Source of the DNA: an uncultured Verrucomicrobiae bacterium
Lineage (GTDB): Bacteria; Verrucomicrobiota; Verrucomicrobiia; Chthoniobacterales; Chthoniobacteraceae
DNA: 64,000 nucleotides
Direction of reading: 5' to 3'
Assembly: GCA_963828525.1 (NCBI GenBank)
Contig: CAWHEP010000007.1
Span: 46,200-110,199 of the forward strand
A program made the translations under genes and the position numbers. The notes beneath the pieces are model-generated. The model was not told where the DNA came from, searched no databases, and saw only the letters and a program-made list of their open reading frames with translations. Position 1 is the stretch's first letter; each line of letters opens with the position of its first letter. Shown here piece after piece: positions 31,609 to 42,600 of the stretch.

Positions 31609-31725
31609 CGTCTCCGCGCGGAGGAGTCGGGATTTGCGGCTGGCGGCGGATAAGAGACGAAGTCGCCGAGGTGGAAGCCGCGGAAGGTGACGCGGGGATG
31701 GCAGAAGCGTGTTTGCGTGCTATCG

Positions 31726-31953
31726 ATGGAATTCCACGCCTGTCGGCGTGGCCGCATCGAGCGGGCGCGCGCTGAACTGTCCGGTGATTTGCACACCGTA
31801 AGAACTACTGGCACTTTAAGCAGAATGGAGCGGAACCTGATTCTTCTCGAAATCCGCGGCACACGCGACGAACTAGCCCGCAAATTAAAAGGGTATCAAA
31901 TCTGGGCGGAGGCCATCCAACCAACAATTGATCGCTATTTTGGTCCCCGCTGA
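31726..31953 (+). CDS. Small hypothetical protein
   Basis: Helical-looking C-terminal half; no recognised motif. Confidence 0.3.
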   Translation: MEFHACRRGRIERARAELSGDLHTVRTTGTLSRMERNLILLEIRGTRDELARKLKGYQIWAEAIQPTIDRYFGPR

Positions 31954-32154
31954 TTTCGATCCTGTCCTCACGTCCCCCATGAGGTCGGGTCCAGCTTGGA
32001 TGCGCTACTGCGAAGTCAGCAGCATGAACGAACCGTTACAGTTTTACACTAGGTAAATATCATGCGTGAATACCGGTTCCTTGAGTTCGACCTGCTTGAT
32101 CCCGCCCTTCCTTGGGGCGCTCTCTGAATTGCGCGACCGGACGGAATCGACCTG

Positions 32155-32198
32155 CCAAGTTGCGCTTGGTAACCGACTGTCCCCAAAGTTGCGCTTCG
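32155..32198 (+). repeat. Second REP-like palindrome family; other copies at 50275-50325 and 56947-56993
   Basis: CCAAG-TTGC(A/G)-CTTGG hairpin followed by TGTC..C.AAGTT...TCG. Confidence 0.7.
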
Positions 32199-32284
32199 TC
32201 TCCTCCGCGACTCACCTCCAAACCCCTTCATACCAAAGCCGCGAACCATCCGCGCTCAGGTATATAAAGAATACCCGCGCCCGT

Positions 32285-32398
32285 CTACTTAGCGGCAGGA
32301 GCCGCCGCAGCCTCAGCTTTTGCGAGAGCAAGACGCTCTGTTTTGCGGCGGCGTTTGGCGTGAAGCTTCACGTTATCTTTTCCTTTGCAATGTCCCAT
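32285..32398 (-). CDS. 37-aa basic microprotein, copy B (MGHCKGKDNVKLHAKRRRKTERLALAKAEAAAAPAAK)
   Basis: Paralog of 19016-19129; 34 of 37 aa identical, no indels. Confidence 0.75.
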   Translation of the reverse strand: MGHCKGKDNVKLHAKRRRKTERLALAKAEAAAAPAAK

Positions 32399-32543
32399 GG
32401 CGCTACCAGACACGTTTTGACCCGGCGGCACAACCTCTTCCTTCCGTCCTCTGCCAATCAACGTTCATAGCCCCCCCTATCCGCCATGACATAGAATCTC
32501 GACTTTGCGCCAGATGTTGATAATCCGGCAACAGGAAAGAACG

Positions 32544-33506
32544 ATGCGAAATCAGAACCCATCTGCTAACCCGCCCGCTACCCTCCTGCAGCAGGCGCTA
32601 AAGTTTACCCCCGCGATTAAATATGCCGTCGCTGTCGCGGCCATTGCGGGTTTGATCGCCACCGCGCTTCGCTACGGCCTTTCGGCGGCAACGCTCGTCC
32701 TCGGTGTCATCGTCGTTGTCGGCTTGATGGTTCTCTTTTTTGCCTTCTCGCAACTCGAACAAGCCGACAAGCGCGCAAAGAGCGTCGCGGGCATGGTGGT
32801 TCTCTGGTCTTTCCTGCTGCTTTGCATAGGGAGCGCCGCGCTTCTCTTCTCGTCCGCGTTCTTTAATTGGCCGCTGCCTTTGCGCGCCGCCGTGCTTGGG
32901 AGCCGCGCCGAGGACGCGTCCGCGTCAAAAAGCCATGGCGTCGAACCGGGTATCATCGGCACATGGGAGTGCTCCACCGAAGAGTTCGGCGCGCCCGTGC
33001 GTATTGTCTTCGTGATCACACCCGACGGAACATTCGACAAGCATCTATCCAGCAACGAGCGCGGAACTTTTGTTGCGAGCGGTGGAAAGTGGAAACAGGT
33101 CAACAAAATGGGGGTGGTTAAAGAAGGGGATTACACTTTCGTCGACCCCGACACTGTGACACTCCAGAACCCGCAGTATGCATACACCTTCAAACGACGC
33201 GGGGACGGAGCCTCGGACGCCAGCGCCAACCCGTTCGTGGGGAAATGGGATGCCACCACATATGCTAATGTCACTCCCTTCGTTCTCCACACTCAGATCT
33301 TTACTGATAACACCTACGAGGGTAGCCTTGAAGCCAGGGAGGTCGGAACGATCTCCGCAGCGGATGGAAAGTGGAGTGGGCTTTCAAGCCGAGGGGTGCC
33401 CCTAGCCGGAACCTATCGCTGCGCGGGCGAATCGTTGGACATTAATATCGTGCCGTTCGGTCTTCTCACAATGCGCCGGGTTACTGAGACAGGCAGCGGG
33501 AGGTGA
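32544..33506 (+). CDS. Three-TM membrane protein with two tandem lipocalin-like (GxW) beta domains
   Basis: Three hydrophobic helices; IIGTWEC...ERGTFVASGGKW and FVGKWDA...EVGTISAADGKW internal duplication. Confidence 0.6.
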   Translation: MRNQNPSANPPATLLQQALKFTPAIKYAVAVAAIAGLIATALRYGLSAATLVLGVIVVVGLMVLFFAFSQLEQADKRAKSVAGMVVLWSFLLLCIGSAALLFSSAFFNWPLPLRAAVLGSRAEDASASKSHGVEPGIIGTWECSTEEFGAPVRIVFVITPDGTFDKHLSSNERGTFVASGGKWKQVNKMGVVKEGDYTFVDPDTVTLQNPQYAYTFKRRGDGASDASANPFVGKWDATTYANVTPFVLHTQIFTDNTYEGSLEAREVGTISAADGKWSGLSSRGVPLAGTYRCAGESLDINIVPFGLLTMRRVTETGSGR

Positions 33507-33562
33507 ATCGTTGGCGTAGTTCCCGGTCTTTCAAATCGCTTTTCCTCCGGTTCCTCTCTCCG

Positions 33563-33658
33563 TCATCTCAAATCGCCAGCGGCAAAGGGGCGTGATCGTG
33601 GCATGGGCGTGCCCGCCTTGGCTAGTTGCGCATAGACGCCTTTACCAGGAGTCGCCAT
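33563..33658 (-). pseudogene. Internally deleted VapC/PIN toxin remnant
   Basis: MATPGK joined directly to YAQLAKAGTPMP (VapC-like xLxxxGxPI segment); start overlaps the antitoxin end. Confidence 0.5.
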
Positions 33659-33861
33659 CGATCCGCTCCGCTTCCGCCCGGACGGCGCGCTCAAAGTCCT
33701 CGCCCTCCTCGCCAGGCATTGCAACCCGCCGTGGCCTGCAAGGCGGCGCGGCGGCGTTCCTGGCTCCTGGGATTGAGGCCGTGCGCGTAGTGGGCCACTT
33801 CCACCAACTGGGTAGTGGGCAGCTCGTGCAGGTCGCGGACGATGGATTCGATCACGCTCAT
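33642..33861 (-). CDS. VapB-like antitoxin (one frameshift)
   Basis: Manual translation MSVIESIVRDLHELPTTQLVEVAHYAHGL...TAGCMPGEEGEDFERAVRAEAERIDGDSW*. Confidence 0.55.
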
Positions 33862-34175
33862 TCCGTTTCAGCGTAGCTTTCCTAAGGGCTGGAAGCAAGC
33901 CGCTCGGAGGGTTTGCAGCGGCGATGCGCTTCCTGCAACCGACGAATGTTGACCATGGTATACGCGATGCCGGTCGGTCACTTTCAAGCCGCATCCACGT
34001 GGTGGTGAACGGTTCGGATAGGCTCGGTCGCCTCTAATCAGCCCCCGCGCGCTTTTTGCGTGCGCGCCCCGCGCAGTCCTGCTATTAAACAAAGCCCCTG
34101 CTCCGAATCAGAGCCTTACTGCCACCCTCATTAGGAGGAGCCGCATCCCCCTCGACACCTAAAATAAAACCAGCC

Positions 34176-37100
34176 ATGCCTCGCGTCAAACCCCTCCATC
34201 TTCTCCCGCTCGTCCTCCTCGCCGCTGTCCTCCCGCTGCGCGCCATGAACGCCCCCCAAAAGCAGCCCGCTAAACCGGTCGACTTCGCAAAGGACAAAAA
34301 CCTCTATCTCGTAGGCTACGCCCACCTCGATACCCAGTGGCGCTGGACATACCCCGAATCCATCCAGACCTATATCCTAAACACGATGGAGCAGAACTTC
34401 CCGCTCTTCGACAAATACCCCGCCTACATCTTCAACTTCACCGGCTCCCGTCGCTACGAGTTCATGAAGGAATATTACCCGGCGGACTACGAGAAGGTTA
34501 AAAAATACATCGCTTCTGGTCGCTGGGTGACCGCTGGCTCTTCCGTCGATGAATGCGATGTCAACACACCCTCCCTCGAATCCCTCACCCGCCATTTCCT
34601 TTATGGAAACCGCTTCTTCGAGCGCGAGTTCGGCACCCATGGCGAGGATTTCCTCCTGCCCGATTGCTTCGGCTTCCCCGCCTGCATTCCCACCATCCTG
34701 GCGCACGGCGGTATCAAGGGCTTCTCTACCCAAAAACTCACATGGGGTTCCGCCGTCGGCATCCCTTTTAACGTCGGCGTCTGGTACGGCCCCGACGGCT
34801 CCTCCGTTACCGCCGCCTTGAATCCCGGCGGCTACGGGTCTGCCGTCACCAACGATATCAGCCAGGACAAGATGTGGCTCAAGCGCATCACCGCCGACGG
34901 CGATAAATCCGGCGTTTACGCTGACTACAAGTATTTCGGCACCGGCGATCGCGGCGGCGCGCCCAAGGAGCCCTCCGTCGAATGGGTGCAACGCAGCGTG
35001 GATGGCTCCGGCCCTGTGCGAGTCATTCCCGCGAGCGCCGACCAGATTTTCAAGGACATCACCCCTGAATTGCGGGCCAAGCTTCCTACTTACACGGGCG
35101 AACTCGAATTGGTCAACCACTCCGCGGGCTCCATCAGTTCGGAGGCTTACATGAAGCGCTGGAACCGCAAGAACGAGCAGCTCGCCAACGCCGCCGAATG
35201 CGCCTCCACCATAGCCACCTGGCTCGGCGCTTTCCCTTATCCGCGAGATGCCCTGTACCGCGCGTGGGATCTCGTGCTCGGCAATCAGATGCACGATATC
35301 CTTCCAGGCACGAGCGTCCCGAAGGCCTACGAATATTCGTGGAACGACGAAGTCCTCGCGCTCAACCAGTTTGCGAACGTCACCGAACGCGCCACCGGAG
35401 CCGTCGTCTCCGCGCTGGACACCCGCGGGCAGGGCACCCCCGTTGCCGTCTACAATCCTCTCGCAACCGAGCGCGAAGATCTCGTCGAAGCCGACATCGA
35501 TCCCCGGGTCGGGCGCCGTCACCGCGTATGACTCTCAGGGCCAGCCTGCTCCTACCCAGATCCTCTCGCAGGAAGGCGGCAACATCCGCGTCCTCTTCCT
35601 CGCCAGGGTTCCCTCGATCGGCTACGCCATCTACGATCTCCGTTCCGGCGAGCCCGGCCCAAATCCACCCTCGCCGTCACCGCCAACTCGCTCGAGAACG
35701 CCCGCTACCGTGTAACTCTCAATGCGGCTGGCGACATTGCCTCGGTTTTCGATAAATCCCTCAACCACGAGCTCCTTTCCGCTCCCGCCCGCCTCTCCAT
35801 TAATTTCGAGAATCCCGCCCGTTATCCAGCTTGGAACATGGACTTCGAGGATCGCGTGAAACCGCCCCGCTCCTTCGTCAGCGGCCCCGCCAAAATTCGC
35901 ATCATTGAAAACGGCCCGGCCCGCGTCGCGCTCGAAGTTGAGCGTGTCACCGAAAACTCGACCTTCACCCAGCAGATTCGTCTCGCTTCCGGCAGCGCTG
36001 GCGACCGCGTCGAAATCTTCAACAAGATAGACTGGCGCGCCTTCCAGGCCAGCCTTCGCGCCGGTTTTTCCCTGCTCGCCGAAAATCCCGAAGCCTCCTT
36101 CGACGACAAGGTCGGCGTCGTCCGCCGCGGCAATAACAATCCAAAGTGCTTCGAGATGAACCAGCAGCAGTGGATGGACCTCACCGATAAGGCCGGCGGC
36201 TACGGCGTCTCCATTCTCAACGACTCAAAGTTTGCCTGCGATAAGCCCGACGACCACACCATCCGTCTCACCATGATCTACACTCCCGGTACCCGCGGCG
36301 GCACTCCCGACCAGGGCACGCAGGACCAGGGCCGCCACGAGATCCTCTACGCCATCGTAGGGCACGCGGGCGATTGGGCAAAAGGCCGGGCTCCGTGGCA
36401 GGCCGCGCGCCTCAACCAACCCTTGCGCGCCTTCCTTCCAACCGCGCATCCCGGCGCCCTCGGTAAAGCCTTTTCCCTCCTCTCGCTGAACAGCGATCAG
36501 GTTCAGGTCATGGCTGTAAAGAACGCCGAGGATTCAGACGAGACGGTGATCCGCGTTAAGGAACTCACCGGCAAGCCAGCCTCCGGACTCGTCCTCCGGT
36601 TCCCCGCCGCTATCACGGCCGCCCGCGAGATCGACGCCCAGGAACGCCCCATCGGCGACGCCTCCGTCAAGAACGGCGCGCTCGCGTTCGACATGAAAGG
36701 CTTCGGCCTCAAAGCCTTTGCCCTCAAGCTCGCGCCCCCGCCCGCCTCCGTGCCCGCGGTCACCAGCGCGCCCGTCTCCATCGCTTATGATACTGCCGTC
36801 GCGAGTTCCAGGGCCAAACGCGCCGCTGGATCCATGGACGCAAGCGGCGGCGCGTATCCTGCCGAGATGTTTCCGTCTAAACTGACAAGCCAGGGCGTTG
36901 AGTTTCAGCTTGGCTCGGCAGCCGATGGCGCGAAGAATGCCCTCTCAGCCCACGGCCAGAGTCTACCTTTGCCAGCAGGCGATTTCACCCGGGTTCATCT
37001 GCTCGTCGCCGCCGATGGCGACGCGAAGGGCCAGATCAGGATTGGCGACTCAAGCAAGCCCCTCGATGTCCCAAACTGGACAGGCTATGTAGGCCAGTGG

Positions 37101-38474
37101 GATAACCGCGTGTGGGATCCCTCTGATGGCGGCGACGAACACAAAAAGCCGCCCGTCGGCCTGGAGCCCGGCTTCACCAAGCGAACCCCGGTCGCCTGGT
37201 TCGCCACCCACCACAGCAACCCAGATGGCGATGCTTTCTACGAATACTCCTATCTCTTTCAGGTCAGCTACGACCTCCCGCCCGGAGCCAGGAGCATCAC
37301 CCTTCCAGACAATCCGAAGATCCGCGTGTTTGCCGTCTCCGCTGGCCACGAGCCTTCCGCCGCCCCCGCTGCCGCCCCGCTCTACGATACTTTGGCAGAT
37401 CACCAGCGCGGCGGTGTCCCCACGATTCCCCAGGATGGAGCTGCGTTTGCCGATTCCACCGAGGTCACCCTCCTGCCACCTCTCTATCACGGCCCGCGCG
37501 AGCTGCATTATACGGTGGACGGTAGCGAGCCTGCAGCCTCCTCGCCCGTTTACGAAGGTCCCTTCTTCGTCTCGGATACGGTGAAGGTCGCGGTCCGCGA
37601 GATCGATTCTCAGGGGAACGCCGGAGTGGTCACCCGTGGCGTCATCAATGTCCGCGACACAACGCCTCCCCGGCTCTTGGATGCCAGCATTGAGGGAAAG
37701 AAGAGTGTTCTCGATCTCACCTTCTCCGAACCGCTCGCGCCCGCTTCTGTGGCGAATCTGGGCAACTACCGTGTCCAGCCAGCCGCTGCTATAAGCAATG
37801 CCGACATCTCCCCCGACGGGCGAAAGGTTGCCCTCACCTTCACCGCGCCTCTCGCGCCGGGAGCCGACTACACGCTCACCGTGAACGGCCTTAAGGACAG
37901 GTCACCCGCCGGAAACGTGATCGCTAAAACCAGCCGTCCGTTCAATGCTCAGAATATCGTCTACACGCTCGCCTCCGCCGAATTGCCTGCGGGAGCGGTC
38001 AAGGCGGACGTCCAGGGCCTTCCGGTTTTAAAGAAGGACCCGTGGACAATGAACCTCTTTGTAAAAGCCAGCGCGAAGCAGCAGGGCCGCGCGATCCTTG
38101 CCGGTTTCGGCAGCGTCACAGACACACCCGGTTCGGGCAGCATCAGCCGCTATCTCGCCGTCTACTCCGATGACATCCGGTTCTGGTTTGTCGGCGAACT
38201 GGATACGCATTCCCCTCTCGACTTGGGCCGCTGGCAGATGCTCACAGCTACCTACAACGGCGACACGCTCGCCCTTTATAAGGATGGCCAGCGCATCGGC
38301 GAAAAACGCGTCGCCTTTACCGCCGACGCCGAGCCTGTTGTCAATGTAGCGCCGCCCGATCCATGGGAGCAGACGGCCCTCTTCCATGGCAGCGTCCAGC
38401 AATTCACCATCCGTCGCGGCGCGCTGAATACGGAAGCCGTAAAGAAACTGTTCGAACAGACGAAGCCGCGTTGA
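34176..38474 (+). CDS. Secreted GH38 alpha-mannosidase with FN3/chitobiase-like, Ig-like and LamG-like C-terminal domains (frameshifts 35500-35700)
   Basis: AHLDTQWRW, LPDCFGF, GDRGGAP, NQMHDILPGTS, ENGPAR; YTVDGSEP..SSPVYEGP; WQMLTATYNGDTLALYKDG. Confidence 0.9.
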
Positions 38475-38509
38475 ACGAGGACTGCCTCCGGGAAGGCGGT
38501 CCCTAATTT

Positions 38510-39436
38510 GTGAATCCCATCCAACTCGCCGAGCGCGCCGGGTCCAATCCCTGGCTCTTCCTCGCCGCCGCCCTCCTTCTTGGTGCCTTCCACGGCCTGG
38601 AACCGGGCCACTCGAAAGGGATAATGACCGCGTTCATACTCGGCACTCGCGGCTCCTACTTCCAGGCTGTCCTCCTCGCGCTCAGCGCCACTGTCTCCCA
38701 CACCGCCATCGTCTGGATACTGGCATGGCCTGCGTCTTATGGAGGCACCCTCTGGGCGGGCCTTGCCTTCTCCCCTTACCTGAATCTCATCTCGGGAGTC
38801 ATCATTTTAGGCCTCGCCTACTGGATGCTGCGGAGATTCAACCGGGCCAGCCACAACCACGGGCATCATCACCATCATCATGACAATGATCATCCTCATG
38901 AACACGGTCACGAGCACCCGCCTGAACGCGCCCACGAACATGGTCACGATGACTCGCATGATCACCACCATCACCACGAGCATCCTCACGATCACCCGCA
39001 TGAACATGCCCACGAGCACCCCGCCATCTCCAGCGAAGGCCTCTCGATGGCGATGACCCTCGAGGAGGACGCGCACGCCCGCCATCACATGCGCGAGATT
39101 GCCGATAAATTCTCCGACCAGCAGATTTCCACCGTCCAGGTCATCCTCTTCGGACTCACCACCGGCCTCGCCCCGTGCAGCGCCGCCATCGTGATCCTCA
39201 TCACGTGCTTCCGTTTGCATCAACCATGGCTCGGTTTCGGCCTCGTCAGCGCCTTCAGTGTCGGCCTTGGGCTCACCCTTACCACCGTCGCTCTCCTCGC
39301 TTCTTGGGGCATCCGCGCCTTCGGAACCCACGCCAAGGGTTTCCAGGACTTCATCCGCAACGCCCCCTTCCTCTCCGCCCTTGTCACCGCCGCCATCGGC
39401 CTCTACCTCATCGTCCAGTTCTTCCGCTCTTACTAA
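38510..39436 (+). CDS. rcnA: Nickel/cobalt efflux transporter, RcnA/NicO family, His-rich loop
   Basis: HGLEPGHSK, SATVSHT, His/Asp/Glu-rich tract, EDAHARHH, FGLTTGLAPC. Confidence 0.88.
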   Translation: MNPIQLAERAGSNPWLFLAAALLLGAFHGLEPGHSKGIMTAFILGTRGSYFQAVLLALSATVSHTAIVWILAWPASYGGTLWAGLAFSPYLNLISGVIILGLAYWMLRRFNRASHNHGHHHHHHDNDHPHEHGHEHPPERAHEHGHDDSHDHHHHHEHPHDHPHEHAHEHPAISSEGLSMAMTLEEDAHARHHMREIADKFSDQQISTVQVILFGLTTGLAPCSAAIVILITCFRLHQPWLGFGLVSAFSVGLGLTLTTVALLASWGIRAFGTHAKGFQDFIRNAPFLSALVTAAIGLYLIVQFFRSY

Positions 39437-39502
39437 CCCGCTTTTAGTTGCAGCTCGATCCGGTCACCGGATGTTCCGCATGCCGCAGAGCGCTCTGCAA
39501 AA

Positions 39503-40869
39503 ATGAATCATTATCGCGCGACCTCTCGACCGCTGGTCCTATTTCTGGTGGGGCTGCGCCGCGATGGCCATTAAATACAACCTCGATCGAGCCGTTGCGT
39601 GGTTTGGATTTCACCGCCACTGGTATTTCTGGAACTACGTCAAACCCCACGGCTATGAAGGGATCGCTGCCGTTCCGCCAAACGACCAGACTTTCTACTA
39701 CATTCTGTTGCTCACATCATTGCCGTTTTTGTTCTTTGGCATCATCTTGACCCTTCGCCGTCTCCGCTCGGCGGAAATGCCGCTCGCCCTGTCCCTGCTT
39801 TTCTTCCTCCCTGTCATCAACCTCCTGTTCTTTGTCGTTCTCTGCCTCCTTCCGGCAAAACAAGCTCAACCATCTCAGTCAGAAAGATCGGGCTTGTTGG
39901 CGTGGCTCCCGGTAAGTCCTGTCTCAAGCGCGTTGGCCAGTATGGTCATCGTAGGTCTGGCGGGGATGGGGCTCGCTTGCTTTGCCACTCAAGCGCTCCG
40001 TAACTATGGCTGGGGTCTTTTCGTTGCTCTCCCGTTCGCCATGGGCATGGTTTCGGTTCTGATTTATGCGGGATCGGAGAAGCGGACTTTTCGCGGAAGT
40101 ATGTCAGTGGCTGTACTTCCGATTTTGTTTTGTGGGCTCTGCCTGTTTGTCGCGGCGGCGGAAGGAATTATTTGCCTGGTGATGGCCGCTCCCATGGGGA
40201 TTGTCTTGGCGCTGTTAGGTGGCATGGTAGGATACGCGATCGTCGGTAACCGACGCCGCGCCAAACAGCCCGGCGGCGATGCTGCTGGTGCTTGCCGCCG
40301 TGCCTCTCACCATGGGCATGGAAAAGCGGGCTAATGAAGCTCCGCCTCTGCTTTCCGTCACAACTTCCGTTGTGATCAATGCGCCGCCGGAGGAAGTCTG
40401 GCCCAACGTGATCTCATTTCCGCCGATCCCTCCGCAGCGCGACTGGATTCTCCATACCGGTGTCGCGTATCCCATCCAGGCGCGAATAGACGGACACGGC
40501 GTGGGTGCGATCAGACACTGCATTTTCACCACTGGTGAATTCGTCGAGCCGATTGAAGTTTGGGATGAGCCCCAACGGCTCCGATTCTCCGTTGCCGATC
40601 AACCAGAGCCCATGGAGGAACTGTCACCCTATCCGCGTCTTAAGGCGCCTCATTTGCATGGCTATCTCCAATCCCACGAAGGCGAGTTGCGACTAACCGC
40701 GTTGCCAGGAGGAAAGACATTGCTTGAGGGCACGACCTGGTACACCGACCGGATTTGGCCCAGCCTCTATTGGCAAGTGTGGTCCGATCTCATGATCCAC
40801 CACATCCATCTTCGCGTTCTCAATCATATCCGAAACCTCTCGGAGCATGTACCTGGAAGGGTGCCATAA
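39503..40869 (+). CDS. DUF805-like membrane protein fused to SRPBCC domain (frameshifts near 39522 and 40270)
   Basis: TLRRLRSAEMP, YGWGLFVALPF, EGIICLVMAAP, then VTTSVVINAPPEEVW, GVGAIRHCIFTTGEFVEPI, HHIHLRVLNHIR. Confidence 0.75.
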
Positions 40870-40929
40870 ACCCGTGGCAGCATCCCGCCCGCCCCTTCCC
40901 ATCTGTCGGGTTTCTGCTACGATGCTGAA

Positions 40930-41193
40930 ATGCTGGTTTCTGTAGAACTGCCTGATCCGATTGCAAAGCAACTGCACCTCGATGGGGAGCAGGGCAATCG
41001 CCGTGCCCTCGAAATATTCGCCCTTGAAGGCTACCGAAACGGGGAGCTATCCCGCGGGCAGGTGAGTGAATTGCTCGGTCTTGAGTTCAACGAAACCATG
41101 CAATTCCTCAAGACGCGCGCTTGCTTCCGCAGTATCACCCTTGAGGAATTTGAACAGGACGTGAAGGGTTTGCGAGCGTTCCTTGCGCAGTGA
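40930..41193 (+). CDS. UPF0175 family antitoxin-like protein
   Basis: ALEGYRNGELSRGQVSELLGL; GTGA overlap with the next gene. Confidence 0.85.
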   Translation: MLVSVELPDPIAKQLHLDGEQGNRRALEIFALEGYRNGELSRGQVSELLGLEFNETMQFLKTRACFRSITLEEFEQDVKGLRAFLAQ

Positions 41194-41675
41194 GCCTCGT
41201 TGTTTCCGACACGACACCGCTCAACTACCTGATTTTGATCGGGCACATCGACGTGCTTCCCCGTCTTTTCGGAAAACTGCTGGTTCCCCCAGCCGTTATC
41301 CACGAAATGCAACATCCTAAGGCCCCTTCGGCTGTTAGCACATGGGCTCGCAAACTGCCCACTTGGATCGAGGTGAAAGCTCCGCTCACAGGAATCTCCA
41401 CCTCAGGCATTGGGGCTGGTGAGGATGAAGCGATTTCTCTTGCTGTTGAACTCGGCGACGCCACCTTGCTTGTGGATGACGTCAGAGCCCGGACGGTGGC
41501 GAAAAGCCGCGGGCTTCTTACGATCGGAACTCTTGCCATTCTCGACCGTGCCGGTGAAGCAAAGTGGCTGGATTTTGAGATGGCAATTTCAAAACTGAAA
41601 GCAACGAGCTTTCATTTGGAAGATGCGCTCCTCCAACCCCTGCTCACCAGGGCGCGAGCCCGCGAGAGCCGCTGA
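41190..41675 (+). CDS. DUF3368 family PIN-domain protein
   Basis: VVSDTTPLNYL, PPAVIHEM, GEDEAISLA, LLVDD..AR, GTLAIL. Confidence 0.88.
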   Translation: MSLVVSDTTPLNYLILIGHIDVLPRLFGKLLVPPAVIHEMQHPKAPSAVSTWARKLPTWIEVKAPLTGISTSGIGAGEDEAISLAVELGDATLLVDDVRARTVAKSRGLLTIGTLAILDRAGEAKWLDFEMAISKLKATSFHLEDALLQPLLTRARARESR

Positions 41676-41854
41676 CTCCCCCGGGACAACTCGAATTTCA
41701 ACATGGGTGTTAAACGGTCGGGCGTTCTTTCATTTTCGTGTCGATAGCTAATTCCGTTCGCGGTATGCAGCTTTGACTCAGCCGATCACCCAGGCATTGC
41801 GGACACACGGCAGCATGGATGGACGACTCGCCGAGCGCATCGAAGATCTCTGCC

Positions 41855-42034
41855 GTGCCGCTCAGTAGATTTCAGTCGGAGGTGTTGCGGACGATTGCGG
41901 CTCAGCGCAGCCTGGGCAGCTATATCGCGCTGGCGCCGAATTTCCCCCTTGTGGACGAAGTCGCACTCGGTGACGCTATCATCCCGAAGTCGCATTTCCT
42001 CCCTACTCCCGCAACAACCCACTCCCGCAACTAA
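41855..42034 (+). pseudogene. Possible N-terminal remnant of a nucleotidyltransferase-like TA gene
   Basis: MPLSRFQSEVLRTIAAQRSLGSYIA resembles such N-termini; preceded by an overlapping ...RLAERIEDLCRAAQ* fragment. Confidence 0.35.
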
Positions 42035-42600
42035 CCCGCGCCTGCCAGAGTTCCAAGGGTAGGGACGCCACGCCGTAGGCGTCCGCAACATCTCCACGTT
42101 CGGCAACTAATCCGCTCGGAACAAACTCACCATTGTGCGCTCGCGCGACTTCCGGCTTCCGCGACAATCTCAACCCAGCAATCAACGCCCAAGGTCAAAA
42201 AGCCCAGCCAGGGGAAGCCTCGCTGAGGGTCCCCAGCCTCTGAACGCTCTCGACAAATATCAGCGAAATCCAGGCGCGCCGTGGGGCTTCTGGCCGTCCT
42301 CGCCCGAAATCTCGCGCGCCATGCTTGAGCGCTGCCACAAGCCAGAGCCTTAACGACCGCTCGTCATTCACCCCCGCGCTGGCAGCAGAGCCGGGTCGCA
42401 AAATACGAGAGAATACGAAATGCCTGCCGCGCAAAAGCCCCCAAAATTCGCCCAACTCTAAAGCTTTTTATCCCGCGAAACCGGAACAGCCATTCGATAA
42501 ATATAGATTTTTATGATTTGTATTGCTTTTTTTGGGGATCCTGCAACAAAGCAATGTTCCGCCCCCCCTTTCTGCGGAAGTTTCGCTACCCCCCAAAAAC

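Noticed and set aside
38854..39020. CAY/GAN-rich low-complexity repeat
   Set aside because: Explained as the normal His-rich loop of RcnA.
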